Below are positions 29,818 to 43,666 of a DNA stretch of 64,000 nucleotides, piece after piece (positions within the stretch are counted from its first letter, which is position 1; each line of letters opens with the position of its first letter). The stretch is from the human T2T-CHM13v2.0 reference genome, Homo sapiens: the NCBI RefSeq assembly GCF_009914755.1, contig NC_060929.1. One strand, 5' to 3'. The notes below the pieces were generated by a model. That model made no database searches. It saw only the letters and a list, made by a program, of their open reading frames with translations, and was not told the DNA's origin. A program made the position numbers and the translations under genes.

Positions 29818-30893
29818 TGTTGCGGGAAGTCAAGGACCCCGAATGGAGGGACCGGCTGAAGCCATGGCAGAAGAACGTAAATTGTGAAGATTTCATGGAC
29901 ATTTATGAGTTCCCCAAATTAATACTTTTATAACTTTTTACTCCTGTCTTTACTGCAATCTCTGAACATAAATTGTGAAGATTTCATGGACACTTATCAT
30001 TTCCCCAATCAATACTCTTGTGATTTCCTGTGTCTGTCTTTACTTTAATCTCTTAATCCCATCATCTTTGTAAGCTGAGGATGAATGTCACCTCAGGATC
30101 CTGTGATGATTGTGTTAACTGCACAAATTGTTTAAACAATATGAAATCTGGGCACCTTGAAAAAAGAACAGGATAACAGTGATGTTCAGGGGACAAGGGA
30201 GATAACCTTAAAGTCTGGCTGCCTGTGGGCCGGGCGGAACAGAGCCATATTTCTCTTCTTTCAAAAGCAAATAGGAGAAATATCACTGAATTCTTTTTCT
30301 CAGCAAGGAACATCCCTGAGAAAGAGAATGCATCCCTAAGGGGAGGCCTCTGAAATGGCCACTTTGGGAACGTCTGTTTTTTTTTTTTTTTTTTTCTTAA
30401 CGGTTGTAGATAAGGGATGAAATAAGCCCCAGTCTCCCATAGCGCTCCCAGGCTTATTAGGATGAGGAAATTCCTGCCTAATAAAGTTTGATCAGACTGG
30501 TTGTCTGCTCTCAAACCCTGTCTCCTGATAAGATGTTGCCAATGACAATGCATGCCCGAAACTTCATTTGCAATTTTAATTTTGCCCCGTCCTGTGATCT
30601 TGCCCCACCTCCATTTACCTTGTGATATTTTATTACCTTGTGAAGCGTGTGATCTCTGTGACCCCACCCTATTCATACACTCCCTCCCCTTTTGAAAATC
30701 ACTAATAAAAACTTGCTGGTTTTGCAGTTTGGGGGGCATCACGGAACCTGCTGACATGTGATGTCTTCCCCAGACACCCAGCTTTAAAATTTCTCTCTTT
30801 TGTACTCTTTCCCTTTATTTCTCAGACTGACTGACACTTAGGGAAAATAGAAAAGGACCCATGTTGAATATCGGGGGCTGGTTCCCCCCGATA
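29818..30893 (+). mobile_element. Solo MER11 LTR (HERV-K11/HML-8 family)
   Basis: Starts TGTTGCGGGAAGTCA..., internal aaattgtgaagatttcatggaca repeats, AATAAA ~30704, ends ...ccccgata; 6-bp TSD GATCAC (29812-29817 and 30894-30899). Confidence 0.9.
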
Positions 30894-31361
30894 GATCACT
30901 TAGCACAGTGCCTCATAGAGAACATACTTTATGGCCAGAATCAAATTCAATCTTTCCAACATCTCTGGATGGTATGTTCTGTAGTTATACCCATTTTAGA
31001 GAAGTTGAAACATTCTCAGGTGAAGTAACACATCGAAGGAGACCCCCTTACTCCATGTTCTTAACCACCACGAAGAAGTGGATCTGTTGGAGATGAGATG
31101 GGCCTAGGTATAGAGACTTGGCAGGTTTACAAGGGAGGCGCACTGGTGCTCAGAAGTCAATGTCAGGAAAAGGAGGCTGACGCAGGGTAGGTAACTGTGG
31201 AAGCTACCCAGTTGCTCTCACTGGCTGAGACTACAGTCTCCACTACTTAGTCAAAGGGCATGGCTGCTCAAGTGATGTTTACAGACCATTACTCCATGAA
31301 GCAGGAGGCATGGATGGCTAGAATCCCTAAGTCCAAAAGTCAGACAGTCTGGCAGGAGCCT

Positions 31362-31866
31362 TGTGCGATACTTGTATGTGTTAACTTGACTGGGCTAAGG
31401 GATGCTTAGATAGCTGGTCAGACATTCTTTTTGGGTATGTGTGTGAGGTGTCTCCAGAGGGATGAGTCTTTGACTGTATAGACTAAAAAAAGAAGATCAA
31501 CCTCACCAGTGTTGGTGGCAATCAGTCAATCCCTTGAGGGCCTGAATAGAACAAAAAGGAGGAGGAAGGGTGGATTTGTTCTTTCTCTTTATGAGCTGTG
31601 ACATCCATCTTCTGCCCTCAGACATCAGAGCTCCTGGTTCTTGGGCCTTCAGACTCCTTGGAATGGAAGTTATAGCATCAGTTCCCCTGTCTTAGGCCTT
31701 TGGACTTGAACTGAATTTCCTAGCTCTTCAGCTTGCAGATGGCAGATTATGGGATGCCTTGGCCTGCATAATCACCTGAGCCTATTCCAACAATAAATCT
31801 CCTTTTATAGATCTCTATATTTGCAGTTTATTTGTTCTGTTTCTCTGGAGAACCCTGACTAACACA
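31362..31866 (+). mobile_element. MLT2-type (HERVL) solo LTR
   Basis: aacttgactgggctaagggatgc near start; ends gtttctctggagaaccctgactaacaca. Confidence 0.8.
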
Positions 31867-32787
31867 CATGGCTAGCAGATTGAAGGCACAGAACTAGGAT
31901 CTATCTCCGTAAAAAGAACAAATGGACTCTAGAGGAAATACCACTGCCCCAACCACCAGTGAAGTCTCAGTTCAGGGCAGGATCCAGACCTTTAGAGGGA
32001 CTGTGGAATTTGGCTGGGGGGAAAGCAAACAGAGGAGAAAATCTTGGCCAAATGTTCAGCTTTATGAATTGCACCAACTCCAAGAGTACGAGTGGCTCCG
32101 GTCTGGAATCTGGTTGGAGATTTGAGAGCGCAGGCAGATGCTCAGCTGTTGAAGCTATGCCACAGAGTCTGGCAGGCTAGATTCATTTCCAGTCCTGATG
32201 AGATTGAGCTGAGGCTGTTGATGATTTGTTTGCTTTGGTTACAATCAACTCAGTAGCAGGAACAGAGCTGAGCCTGAGTATGGGTGCATTGGTGAGCCCA
32301 GCAGTCGGGACTCAGGGGAGGCAAAGTGAACACAGTGGGGCTTGCTCCACCTGCTAACTTCTGGTTGCTGACATTCCAGTCCCTGAGCAGTGCCTAATGA
32401 ACCTGACTCCATCATGACAGTCCCAGAAGGAAAAATCTTATAAATAGTCCCTTCAGAGTTTGTGGCCCTGAAGTTTCATGAGCACATTAGATACCAATTC
32501 AATGAGTAGAATCTTCCAAAGCTTTTTTCCTGTATTAGTTCTTGAACACTAACTCTTATCTCTCATGTTTCCTAGCCTAGTGTCTCGCTTAACAATGCGT
32601 AAAAGAGATCCACAAGTTTATACCTAAGGTGCCAGGTGGACCTCATACCCAGCAAGTACAGCAAAACTGCTTTCAGCTGAAGCGATATGGGAACTCTACA
32701 GGGAGGAGGAATGTTTGGGTCAAGGCTTAAAGTAAAAACACATTTTGAGCATCCTAGCTAATATCTGTGTCAGAGGGTGAGGGTATC

Positions 32788-33271
32788 TGTATTCATATCC
32801 TGTGGCTCTGGTAACAAATAACCATAAACCTGATGGCTTAACCAACAGAAATGGACTTTTTCACAGTTCTGGAGGCCCAGAGTCCAAAAGCAGGGAGCTG
32901 ACAGGGCTGTGCTTTCTCTGGAGGCTCTGGAGGATAGTCTGTTTCTTGCCTCTTCTAGCTTCTAATGGCTGCTGGGATTCCTGGGCTTGTAATTGCATTG
33001 CTTTCATCTTCAAGGCCTGCATCTTCCAATCCTCTCTGCTCTCTCTTCCCATCGCCTTCTCCTCTGTGTTTCTCTGCCTCTCTCTTATAGGGACATTTGT
33101 GACGGCATTTGGTGCCTAGCCAGATCATCCAGGATAACCTCCTCATCTCAAGATCTTTATTAATCATGACTGTAAAGTCTTTGCCATATAAGGTAGCAGA
33201 TTCTAAAGATTTACAGATTCCAAGGATTAAGATGTAGATATCTTTTGGGGGGCATTATCAAGCCTACCACA
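32788..33271 (-). mobile_element. MaLR LTR (MLT1C/D-like)
   Basis: tcacagttctggaggcccagagtcc motif; ends agcctaccaca. Confidence 0.8.
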
Positions 33272-34140
33272 GCAGCCCTGCTGAAAGAAATAGCATGTAA
33301 GGAAGAAAAGACAGAGAAGGAGAAAGAATATTCAGACAGCGACCGCCAGTTAGTTGGAGGGTTGGGATGATACAGAACAATCCTATAAGGTATGGCTTCT
33401 TACAAACACCTATTTAGCGGTCTTGGTGGGGTCCTTGAATTCCAGACCAAAGAGTTTGGAGCATAGGATGGAGGAAATCCTAAAAATACAGATTTGGAAA
33501 GAAAGCTAAGATCAGATTGTATAATCACAACAGTTATGTGAGAAAACCAAGAACCACTGCAAGTATTTGATCAGGGGAAAGATGATGTGATCAAAGAAGG
33601 AATATTGGAAATCTTAGGAAGATTACATTCTCCATCCTTCAACTCTCCTTCTATTTGTGTTTATTATGGCTCCTATGGAAGGACAAAGTCCTTAACATTC
33701 CAGGCTAACATTCCAGAGTTGACTTCAGCCTTCAAGAGTGCAGCAGGGTCCAATCAAACCTCCTGTCATAAACTTTTTGGATGCCCTTGGGTATGTGTAG
33801 ATATTAACTGGGTTGCCAATTTTATCTTTTTCCAAACAACTATTTTCATCTCCTGTTGTCTCATTACTGCTTCTCTGGGTAGCCGAGGCCCTTTGCTCTA
33901 ATGTATATAATATATAGTACAGTCCCTTCCTTAATTCCCCAAAGCCTAGTTTACATTAGGCTGTAGGGCTGAACAAAACCTTACCAATGACTTGAGGATG
34001 ACATAAGGAAATTACTTTGTTTAAAAGAAATATTCCAAATGGGATATTGTTCATCTAGGTCTCAGACTCAGACAAGCACAGCCTGTCAGGGTCTCTTGCT
34101 AACCAGTTCTCTCCTATCCGTCAGGCTAATGGTCAATTTT

Positions 34141-34540
<400 letters not shown>

Positions 34541-36109
34541 TAATATTCACTCCCTGACCAACTGCAGTTTAACTTCTGTCCCTACCTTACCATGGACTCT
34601 CCTCTTAGTTAAGTCAAAGACACCCTCACTGCTAAATCTAGGATTCCATTCGTACCTTCCTTAACCTCTTCAACATTTGACATAAGCCATGCTGCCTGCT
34701 CCCACTGCACTCCTTCCTTCCCTACCTGCTCAATGCCTCACCACAGCCACAGAAGAACAATCAGTTAAGACCACCACAGTCACCCTGCAGAGATGTAATT
34801 CACCCCACAAACATGATAAACTACCTGCTTAATAATGTAAAAACTTAAGTAACTTTCCAAACTATCAATTTTAACCAATTTTGGGGTCATGAAATCAATT
34901 TAGAGAGTTTCAAGGATCACTTTTCTTAAGCTACATAGAACTGAATAGAGACCATCAGAGTGTATTCACGTAGGAAAGCTAAGTGTTTTGTACCCAGTAT
35001 GTGTATATGTATATCCACTAGGTCATGATAGTAAATATATTTCTTATTGTGGGTGGTCAGAAAAGTTTTTAAAAAGGCACTGATTTGGGTTTTCCTGAAG
35101 TTAACTCTATTATTCCAAAATAGAATCCAAACTTTAATTTGGAAAAAAAAAAACTCAATAGAAATTTTGATTATGAGGCGATGAAGAATCGTCTTTAATA
35201 TTTCTGCTGTCGCAGCTTAAATAACTGGTGAAAGTTCAGGCAACTTTAAAAATGTTATTTTGTCTCAAGAAAGATGACAAGGCTTTTCATGGCTGGTCTC
35301 TTCCTCTCCAGCCTCATTTTCCCCGTTTCCTACTTTGCAGAGTGTATCGTGGCCACGCTGAGATTCTTGTATCTTCTCTTGGCATGATGTTTTCTTTTGG
35401 CTCCAGGACCTTGAAGATGCCATCCTGTTACCTGGAACACTCAGATGTCCTCCCTCTCCTTCTCTGCTCAAAGCTTCCTGTGGCCCACTCTGTCAGCCTT
35501 CTTATCCCAGCTGAGTCATGGCTCTTTTTAGAAAACCTTCTCGGACTTCAAGCCAAGCTGTTATTGGAATTTGCCGCCTGTGTTCAATGGTCAATGATCT
35601 CCAAGTCACTGCAATTTAACGTTCACCCTACTGATGACTCTGACCTTGGTTTGGTCGAGGACAGCATTGCTGCATCTATACTGTCATCCTTATCCACCTA
35701 AGCTCTTCAGCATTTGGCATAAGCCATGGGTGTCTTGATGGGTGACTAATGAAGCAGACTACACAGCATTTCTCACCTGTTTTATTACTGTATCATTTAT
35801 CCTCTCCCAGATATCTTTAGATACTGTTCACCTAATTTCTCCTCCATCTCCCCATTAGAATTCTAATAACCCAGATACATGTCCATTTATGCACTGTGGC
35901 CCTTTGGAGGATCACAAACCATTACATAATATCTCAGATTTTATATAATCTTAGATTATGTGAATCTTTTTTTTTTTTTTTGCTCCATAGGAACCAATTT
36001 TTACCTCCTTGTGGGCACTATCACCCCCAGTGAGAATGCATGCAATAAAATAAAACTCTATTTGTCCTCTTGAGAGGGATAAGAAAAAAAAATAGTTCCC
36101 ACTCTTTAA

Positions 36110-36642
36110 TAAAAGAATGTGGATTATTTTCTGTATATTATGATGTTTTGATATGTTAAAAACCTTTCCACCTGGAAAGAGACTGCACCTCCCAGGGCTG
36201 GCCAATCCTTAGAGACAGCAAAGGGCTCAGCTGGGAGTGTGCCTTTGATACGCAAACTGCCCAACCCAGAGCCATCTCTCCTCTATGTGGCCCCTGCACT
36301 CCAGGACACAACATTCCTCTGCCTTAGTCAACCAAAGGCCAGGTACCGGGCAATTGGAGACATCCTGTAGCTTAGGGCCTGCTGAAATTATTCAAACTAG
36401 CCAGTTCTAAACTGTTCATCCTGCCCTGCCTTTCCCTGTGGAAACCCCAATAATGGCTGTGGCTAAATCTTCCACTTGCTCCTGTCTTCTGCCTCCTGAC
36501 TGCTTATGTCTTCCTCTCACCCTCCATAGCCAGTTGTCTCTAGGACCTGTGAGTATAACATACTTTGTTTTCCCGAGACTCTCTCCTGTATCTCCTCTTG
36601 TGACCACACCGCCCTGATCATGGCGTAAAAGAATACAAAACA
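36110..36642 (+). mobile_element. ERV1-class LTR (family uncertain, MER31/MER67-like)
   Basis: gaaattattcaaactagccag...aaactg motif and LTR-like 3' end. Confidence 0.5.
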
Positions 36643-36663
36643 AAGGTAAAATAGGGTTCTATG

Positions 36664-37073
<410 letters not shown>

Positions 37074-37619
37074 TTAAGACAACTTGAAAGTCAAGTTTTC
37101 AGAACAAAAGGGACTCCAAGTACAAGAAGCCTGAGGAAGAACCAAGCTTAGAGTGTTCAAGGGACAGACAGGAGGCCAGTGTGGTTGAAGCAGGGGCACC
37201 ACCATTTTACCTGTGGTCACCAGCATGCATAAAATGTACAACACGAAGACTGAACCCTAGTGTGAGGTGGAGGGGAGCAGGGCAGAGGGGCCAGATTATA
37301 GGTTCTCAAAGGCCATGGTAAGAATTTTATATTTCATTCTGGTTGTGATGAGAAACTTCTGACTTCAAGTTTGAAGCAAGGGAGTGACATCATCTATGTC
37401 ATGCTCTAGAACAACTGCTCTAGTTACAAGGCGAAGGATGGACAGGAGGGCAGGAGAAGGAAGCCTGACAGATTCTCCAAAAGGACAAAAAGTCAACGTA
37501 GCTGATGATCATGATGAGGGCAGTCACGCTTAGGGCTGGAGTCAAAGGGCAGTTTTGGGAAAATTTTGGGAAAATGGCAGAAGTAGAAGTCTTGAATATC
37601 GCATCAGAAATGTGATGCT

Positions 37620-37886
37620 CATTTTTATTTTTTTCTTTTCTTTTAGATGGAGTCTTGCTCTGTTGCCCAGGCTGGAGAGCAGTGGCACGATGTTGGTTCA
37701 CTGCAACCTCCGCCTCCCATGTTCAAGTGATTCTCCTGCCTCAGCCTCCTGAGTAGCTGGGATTACAGGTGTCCACCACCATGCCCTGCTAATTTTTGTA
37801 TTTTTAGTAGAGACGGGGTTTCACCATGTTGGTCAGGCTGGTCTTGAACTCCTGACCCGCCTCGGCCTCCCAAAGTGCTGGAATTG
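37620..37886 (-). mobile_element. Alu (AluS-like, 5' truncated)
   Basis: TSD TGCTCATTTTTA. Confidence 0.9.
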
Positions 37887-38089
37887 CTCATTTTTAATCT
37901 CAGCAGCTCATTCACAGATCATACATGGAAACTTATCACTCACACCTAAGCCTTCTTTGCCTGTCTTAGAGATCCCTGGTGCAAGAAACTGTAAGATTAT
38001 TTGACACATTTTCTCTGTCTCACCCTAACAGCCTCTTACTAGTATTTGTTTTAAAAAACTTATTTTTTTTTTTTTGAGAAGTTTTTTAG

Positions 38090-38710
<621 letters not shown>

Positions 38711-39201
38711 CTAGTGTTTGAATGCCAAATCCTTAAGATCATATCTATTTCTTGTCACTGGCAGTGAGTTCTGTTCTTGACTTTCCACTAAGAGCAGTAC
38801 TGATGACAACATCCCGCAGTATTTTATGAGCCGGAGAACATTAACATATCTAAAAGAGTACATTTTCCTCTGGAGGGCCACCAGCATGTAAACTGCAGGT
38901 CAAAAAGCTGAGTGTGAACAGCATTGTTAGGACATGTTTCTAAGTGTATGCCAATATGTCCACAGAGGTTTTTTTAGACTTATAAAGCGAGCTAAAGAAG
39001 ACTTTTGTTCCATTTTCTGATTTTTAATTTATATAGACATTTTTTCATTTGAAGAAAGTGCATATATTTTTAAAGGAAAGGTACTCTTAAGTCTATCCAT
39101 TTAAGAAAATATTAATCTCCATGGAAAAGAAATTTTCCATATTTTAAAATTTATTGTGTGTAGGTATATTCCATATACACTCTATAAATAAAAAGCACAC
39201 T

Positions 39202-39512
39202 GGCTGGGCGCAGTGGCTCATATCTATAATCCCAATGCTTTGGGAGGCTGAGGCGGGCAGATCACCTGAGGTCAGGAGTTTGAGACCAGCCTGGCCAACA
39301 TTGTGAAACCCTGTCTCTACTAAAGATACAAAAATTATCTGGGTGTGATGGAAGGCGCCTATAGTCCCAGCTACTCAGGAGGCTGAGGCAGGAGAATCAT
39401 TTGAACCTAGGAGGTGGAGGTTGCAGTGAGCCAAGATGGCACTACTGCACTCCAGCCTGGGCAACAGAGCGACACTCCATCTCAAAAAAATAAATAAATA
39501 AATAAAATAAAA
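39202..39512 (+). mobile_element. Alu (AluS-like)
   Basis: Dimer; TSD AAATAAAAAGCACAC. Confidence 0.93.
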
Positions 39513-39727
39513 AGCACACACTATCACAAAGAAGATGGTGGCAAAAATAATAATAAAAATAGTAAGTAAATAAATAGCACAAAAGTATTTACAGTAAAAA
39601 TTAGGTCTCCTTCCAGCCCCCACCTGCCAATCACTCTCAGGAGGCACCCACTGTCTTCAGCTACAAAGCTTTCAGAGAGATTTTATTAATATAAGCAAAT
39701 ACATACTTTTTAAAAAAGTATAAATAA

Positions 39728-40008
39728 GGCCTGGTGCAGTGGCTCACGTGTGTAATTCCAGCACTTTGGGAGGATGAGGTGGAAGGATCTCTTCAGGCCA
39801 GGAGTTAGAGACCAGCCTGGGCAACATAACAAGACCCCCATCTCTAAAAAAACAATCAAAAAAACTAACTGGGCATGGTGGCATGGTTCTATAGTCCCAG
39901 CTACTCAGGAAGCTGAGAGTGAGGGATTTCTTGATTCCAGGACTTCGAGGCTGTCACCCACTCCAGCTTGGGTGACAGAGCAAGACTCTGTCTCAAAAAA
40001 AAAAAAAA
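39728..40008 (+). mobile_element. Alu (AluJ-like, internal deletion)
   Basis: TSD AAAAAGTATAAATA. Confidence 0.88.
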
Positions 40009-40659
40009 GTATAAATACTAGCATATCATATATTGCCCTGGACTTTTCTTTTTGATTTAACATATCTTGGAGATTCTTCCATAGCTGTGGATAAGGAGTT
40101 GCCTCATTCTTTTTCAGGGTAAGTTTAGTATAAAGGGTGATATAGTGGGGAAATTATATTTAATTTATTTTTGCCAACTCAGTAGCAGAGCTGTGACAAG
40201 ATTAATCCTTAGATTTTTGGAGGTTCATATCAAATCATTCAAAGCTTTGACATTTTTCTATTCTTTGTGGCTCTATTTTCATCACTAAAATTCCCCATCC
40301 TATGCCCCTGCAGCCCCCATCTGACATTTGTCACTTCTCTAGCTTAGTCATCTGATCTAATTTTGATGAGTCAGATGTAAATAAACCCAGATAATGTGTC
40401 TTTTAGCCCAAAAGACTAAAAGATAAAATAAAAGGAAATGCATAGGACACAGGGCAGTTTGTCGAATGGCTGAGATTTGAATATGTGTGTATTAATTCTT
40501 TCTGAATTACAGCTAGATTCTGCCCTCCCCAGCTTTGTATCTGGAGACGAGGGAAAATGTGACCCCAGTTCATATTATGCGTGAACATCTCTGACTGTTC
40601 TAAGAAGTCCTATTCCCTTAGATTACTGAAGTTCACAGGGAGAAAGCACCCACCCAGAT

Positions 40660-40976
40660 ATTTTTGGTTTTTGTTTGTTTGTTTGTTTGTTTGTTGAGAT
40701 GGAGTCTCACTCTATTGCCCAGGCTAGAGTGCAACGGTGTGGTCTTGGCTCGCTGAAACCTTTGCCTCCTGGTTCAAGCGATTCTCCTACCTCAACCTCC
40801 AAAGTAGCTAAGATTTCAGGCATAAGCCACCATGCCCAGCTAATTTTTGTGTTTTTAGTACAGACAGGGTTTCACCACATTGTTCAGGCTGGGCTTGAAC
40901 TCCTGACCTCAGGCGATCCACCCGCCTCAGCCTCCCGAAGTGCTGGGATTACAGGCATGAGCCACCGCACCTGGCC
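40660..40976 (-). mobile_element. Alu (AluS-like) just upstream of the HSPB3 promoter
   Basis: TSD CACCCAGATATTTT. Confidence 0.92.
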
Positions 40977-41109
40977 TCACCCAGATATTTTTCAAATGCC
41001 ATTTTCGATTCCCACTCTCTTTCTTGAAGTAAGCAAGGCAGACACATTTGCCAAGGATAACTGAGAATGTAAGGGCAATCCATGACTGGGCAGCTTGTGC
41101 AGGCTGTGT

Positions 41110-41280
41110 GCTAAATGCAACTGGGAAACATGCCCTATAAATAGCCGTTCATTGTCAGCATGTGTGAAAAGACAAGAGAGCATTCCGTGCTATGATTCAG
41201 GCCTAATTAAGTGATTGCGTCTGGGCACGGCTATAAACCACTAGCTGCTTCAACTGGTAATCCAGTCAGTAGGCAACTGC
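41110..41280 (+). promoter_or_regulatory. HSPB3: HSPB3 proximal promoter (muscle-type)
   Basis: E-box CAACTG 41118-41123; perfect MEF2 site CTATAAATAG 41135-41144; M-CAT CATTCC 41181-41186; TAATTA 41204-41209; TATAAA 41232-41237; E-boxes 41251-41256 and 41274-41279. Confidence 0.75.
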
Positions 41281-41354
41281 AGGGGCTCGCCACTGACTGA
41301 AGGCAGTGGAAGGTTGGCAGAAGGAGGCTGTTCAAGGCTGTTTTTGCCTTCACT

Positions 41355-41807
41355 ATGGCAAAAATCATTTTGAGGCACCTCATAGAGATTCCAGTGCGTT
41401 ACCAGGAAGAGTTTGAAGCTCGAGGTCTAGAAGACTGCAGGCTGGATCATGCTTTATATGCACTGCCTGGGCCAACCATCGTGGACCTGAGGAAAACCAG
41501 GGCAGCGCAGTCTCCTCCAGTGGACTCAGCGGCAGAGACGCCACCCCGAGAAGGCAAATCCCACTTTCAGATCCTGCTGGACGTGGTCCAGTTCCTCCCT
41601 GAAGACATCATCATTCAGACCTTCGAAGGCTGGCTACTGATAAAAGCACAACACGGAACCAGAATGGATGAGCACGGTTTTATCTCAAGAAGCTTCACCC
41701 GACAGTACAAACTACCAGATGGCGTGGAAATCAAAGATTTGTCTGCAGTCCTCTGTCATGATGGAATTTTGGTGGTGGAAGTAAAGGATCCAGTTGGGAC
41801 TAAGTGA
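41355..41807 (+). CDS. HSPB3: Heat shock protein beta-3 (small HSP with alpha-crystallin domain), intronless, 150 aa
   Basis: Translation [20 protein letters not shown]...[15 protein letters not shown]...[15 protein letters not shown] matches human HSPB3 as I recall it; alpha-crystallin motifs; strong Kozak actATGG; stop TGA 41805-41807. Confidence 0.98.
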   Translation: MAKIILRHLIEIPVRYQEEFEARGLEDCRLDHALYALPGPTIVDLRKTRAAQSPPVDSAAETPPREGKSHFQILLDVVQFLPEDIIIQTFEGWLLIKAQHGTRMDEHGFISRSFTRQYKLPDGVEIKDLSAVLCHDGILVVEVKDPVGTK

Positions 41808-41921
41808 CATCGTATCGGTTCCTGTTCAGATGACATGGGGAAGATGATGGTTCAGCCACTGGTACTACGAGAATGTTTGTATTACCCACATTTGAAATGA
41901 TTTGCTATGATTTTTATGAAG

Positions 41922-41927
41922 ATTAAA
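41922..41927 (+). terminator. HSPB3: Candidate poly(A) signal ATTAAA for HSPB3
   Basis: ~115 nt after the stop codon, followed by GU-rich ttcctggtatgttgaggttgtcttt. Confidence 0.65.
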
Positions 41928-43597
41928 AATATATACACAGTTCCTGGTATGTTGAGGTTGTCTTTATTATTCTTACTCAGAAAGGAAAATTTGTAAATAT
42001 GTTTGTGTGGCTCAAACTGATACTATTCTTACAACTGAAACATTGAAAATACAGAAGGCTGTATTTGGATATTAGAGAGGACTCCGAATTGTTTCTTATT
42101 ATTCCAACAATGCCAGCTGCATTTGTAATCACTGATGGCAAAAGAGCTATACTCATTTAAGGAATTCCTATCCATTTTATGAAAATCTTTTATTTTGCCA
42201 AAAAGAGTTGTGATTCCCTTCATTCGATAAGCTTTTCTTTTTAATGTATTTTAATTAAAATGAGGTTTTATAAATATGGAGTGCAAAAATTAAAATACAG
42301 TATTTGGAAATTGGGTCTGATATCTATTTATGATTTAGTATAGTTGTTACTGCCTTAAAGGTCAATGGGAATTTTCAGATATAAATCTTATTTTTAAAAA
42401 GTTCAAATATGTACCTCATTCATCTTTTTAAAGATATACTGAATCCTATCTGAAGTGTTTTGACTTTTTAAAGATAGTATAAGTTCTATGGACACGTACA
42501 AAATGTTCATGAGATATGTATTTACATATCCTCTTGTAAATTAATATGAAGCTTAAGGACACCACTTTTAAAAGTTTGATTGCTGAATTCAGTGAGTTTT
42601 AATCTGTGCTTTTTAGATGCTCCATAAACTTAGATGGCAAAATGTAACACATCTGCTATCTCTGCATAATCCTTAGCTTTAAATAGCCTGGCAGCCAATG
42701 GAAGTTCAACACCTGAGCTTACACTGCGTGTCTGAGTTTACACAGCACATCTGATGATTGGTGCTTATTATATTCTCCCAAACTACTGCCTTGGCTCAAG
42801 GTGGAGACATTGGTAGAGGTTAAGGACTAGTGCCTTCAACAGCTGCTCTGGGACATTCCAAAGGTTTGCTATCTCATTCTGTATACATTAAGTATTTCTT
42901 CAGAGGCAGTGGCTGCCTGCCTTTTACCCCGCACTGAATGTGAGCTGACAAGCAGCCCAAGGACAGTGCTAAGAATAGACATGGAATGCAGGGTGTGGAA
43001 AACACCAGGGCAAATGCAGATTGCTGACAGTATCCCAGTACTCCCCCACGTTGTTTTACTGTAGCTCAAGTTAAAATGTAAAAGACATGAAGCAATAGAA
43101 AAACGAATCAAACAGTTCTAAAAGTTATTTTGAAAACAAATGTAATCTGAGAAGAATGTTTACTGTCTAATTAAATTGAAAAGATTTTGCAGTTATATGC
43201 ATATCTGAGGTTTATGCCTATACATGGAGGTTTGTGTGTCCAACTCAGATATGAAAAATTTTGTTTGACCAAGTGAATATCACAGATCAGCTTGGCTGCA
43301 TAACAAAGTTAATAGCAGTCGTTGAGATTCCAGATCTACTAATATGATCAGAACTGGGATACCATTTGTCTGGATTATCATTCTTTCCCAGTGATTGGCA
43401 GAATAGTGTGAAAAGAAACTAATGTGGTGAGAAACAAAAAAACCCTCTCTTTCGGCCTTGATCTTACTCTAGATGAGATCCTCCTCCCGGGAAAATTCAG
43501 GAGGTGAAATTCCTACCATGAGGAGCCACTGATAGAAAATATTTTCTTTAAAAATAAAATTAAAGTAAACACATGTCTAATGAGCTCTTGTTTTTAC

Positions 43598-43666
43598 AAG
43601 ATAAATTTTAAAGTCTTATAGATAAGATATAGATAAGTTTTAAAGATAAATTTTAAAGTCTTATAG
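43598..43666. repeat. Perfect 24-bp direct repeat
   Basis: AAGATAAATTTTAAAGTCTTATAG at 43598-43621 and 43643-43666. Confidence 0.88.

Noticed and set aside
29879-29992. Direct repeat aaattgtgaagatttcatggaca
   Set aside because: Intrinsic to MER11; a related repeat is present in the second copy.
30062-30757. Longest ORF in the track (231 aa, - strand)
   Set aside because: Entirely antisense within the MER11 LTR; its poly-K comes from the T run; no recognisable domain.
35228-35701. 157-aa ORF
   Set aside because: GTG start, overlaps L2-like sequence, no recognisable domain or promoter.
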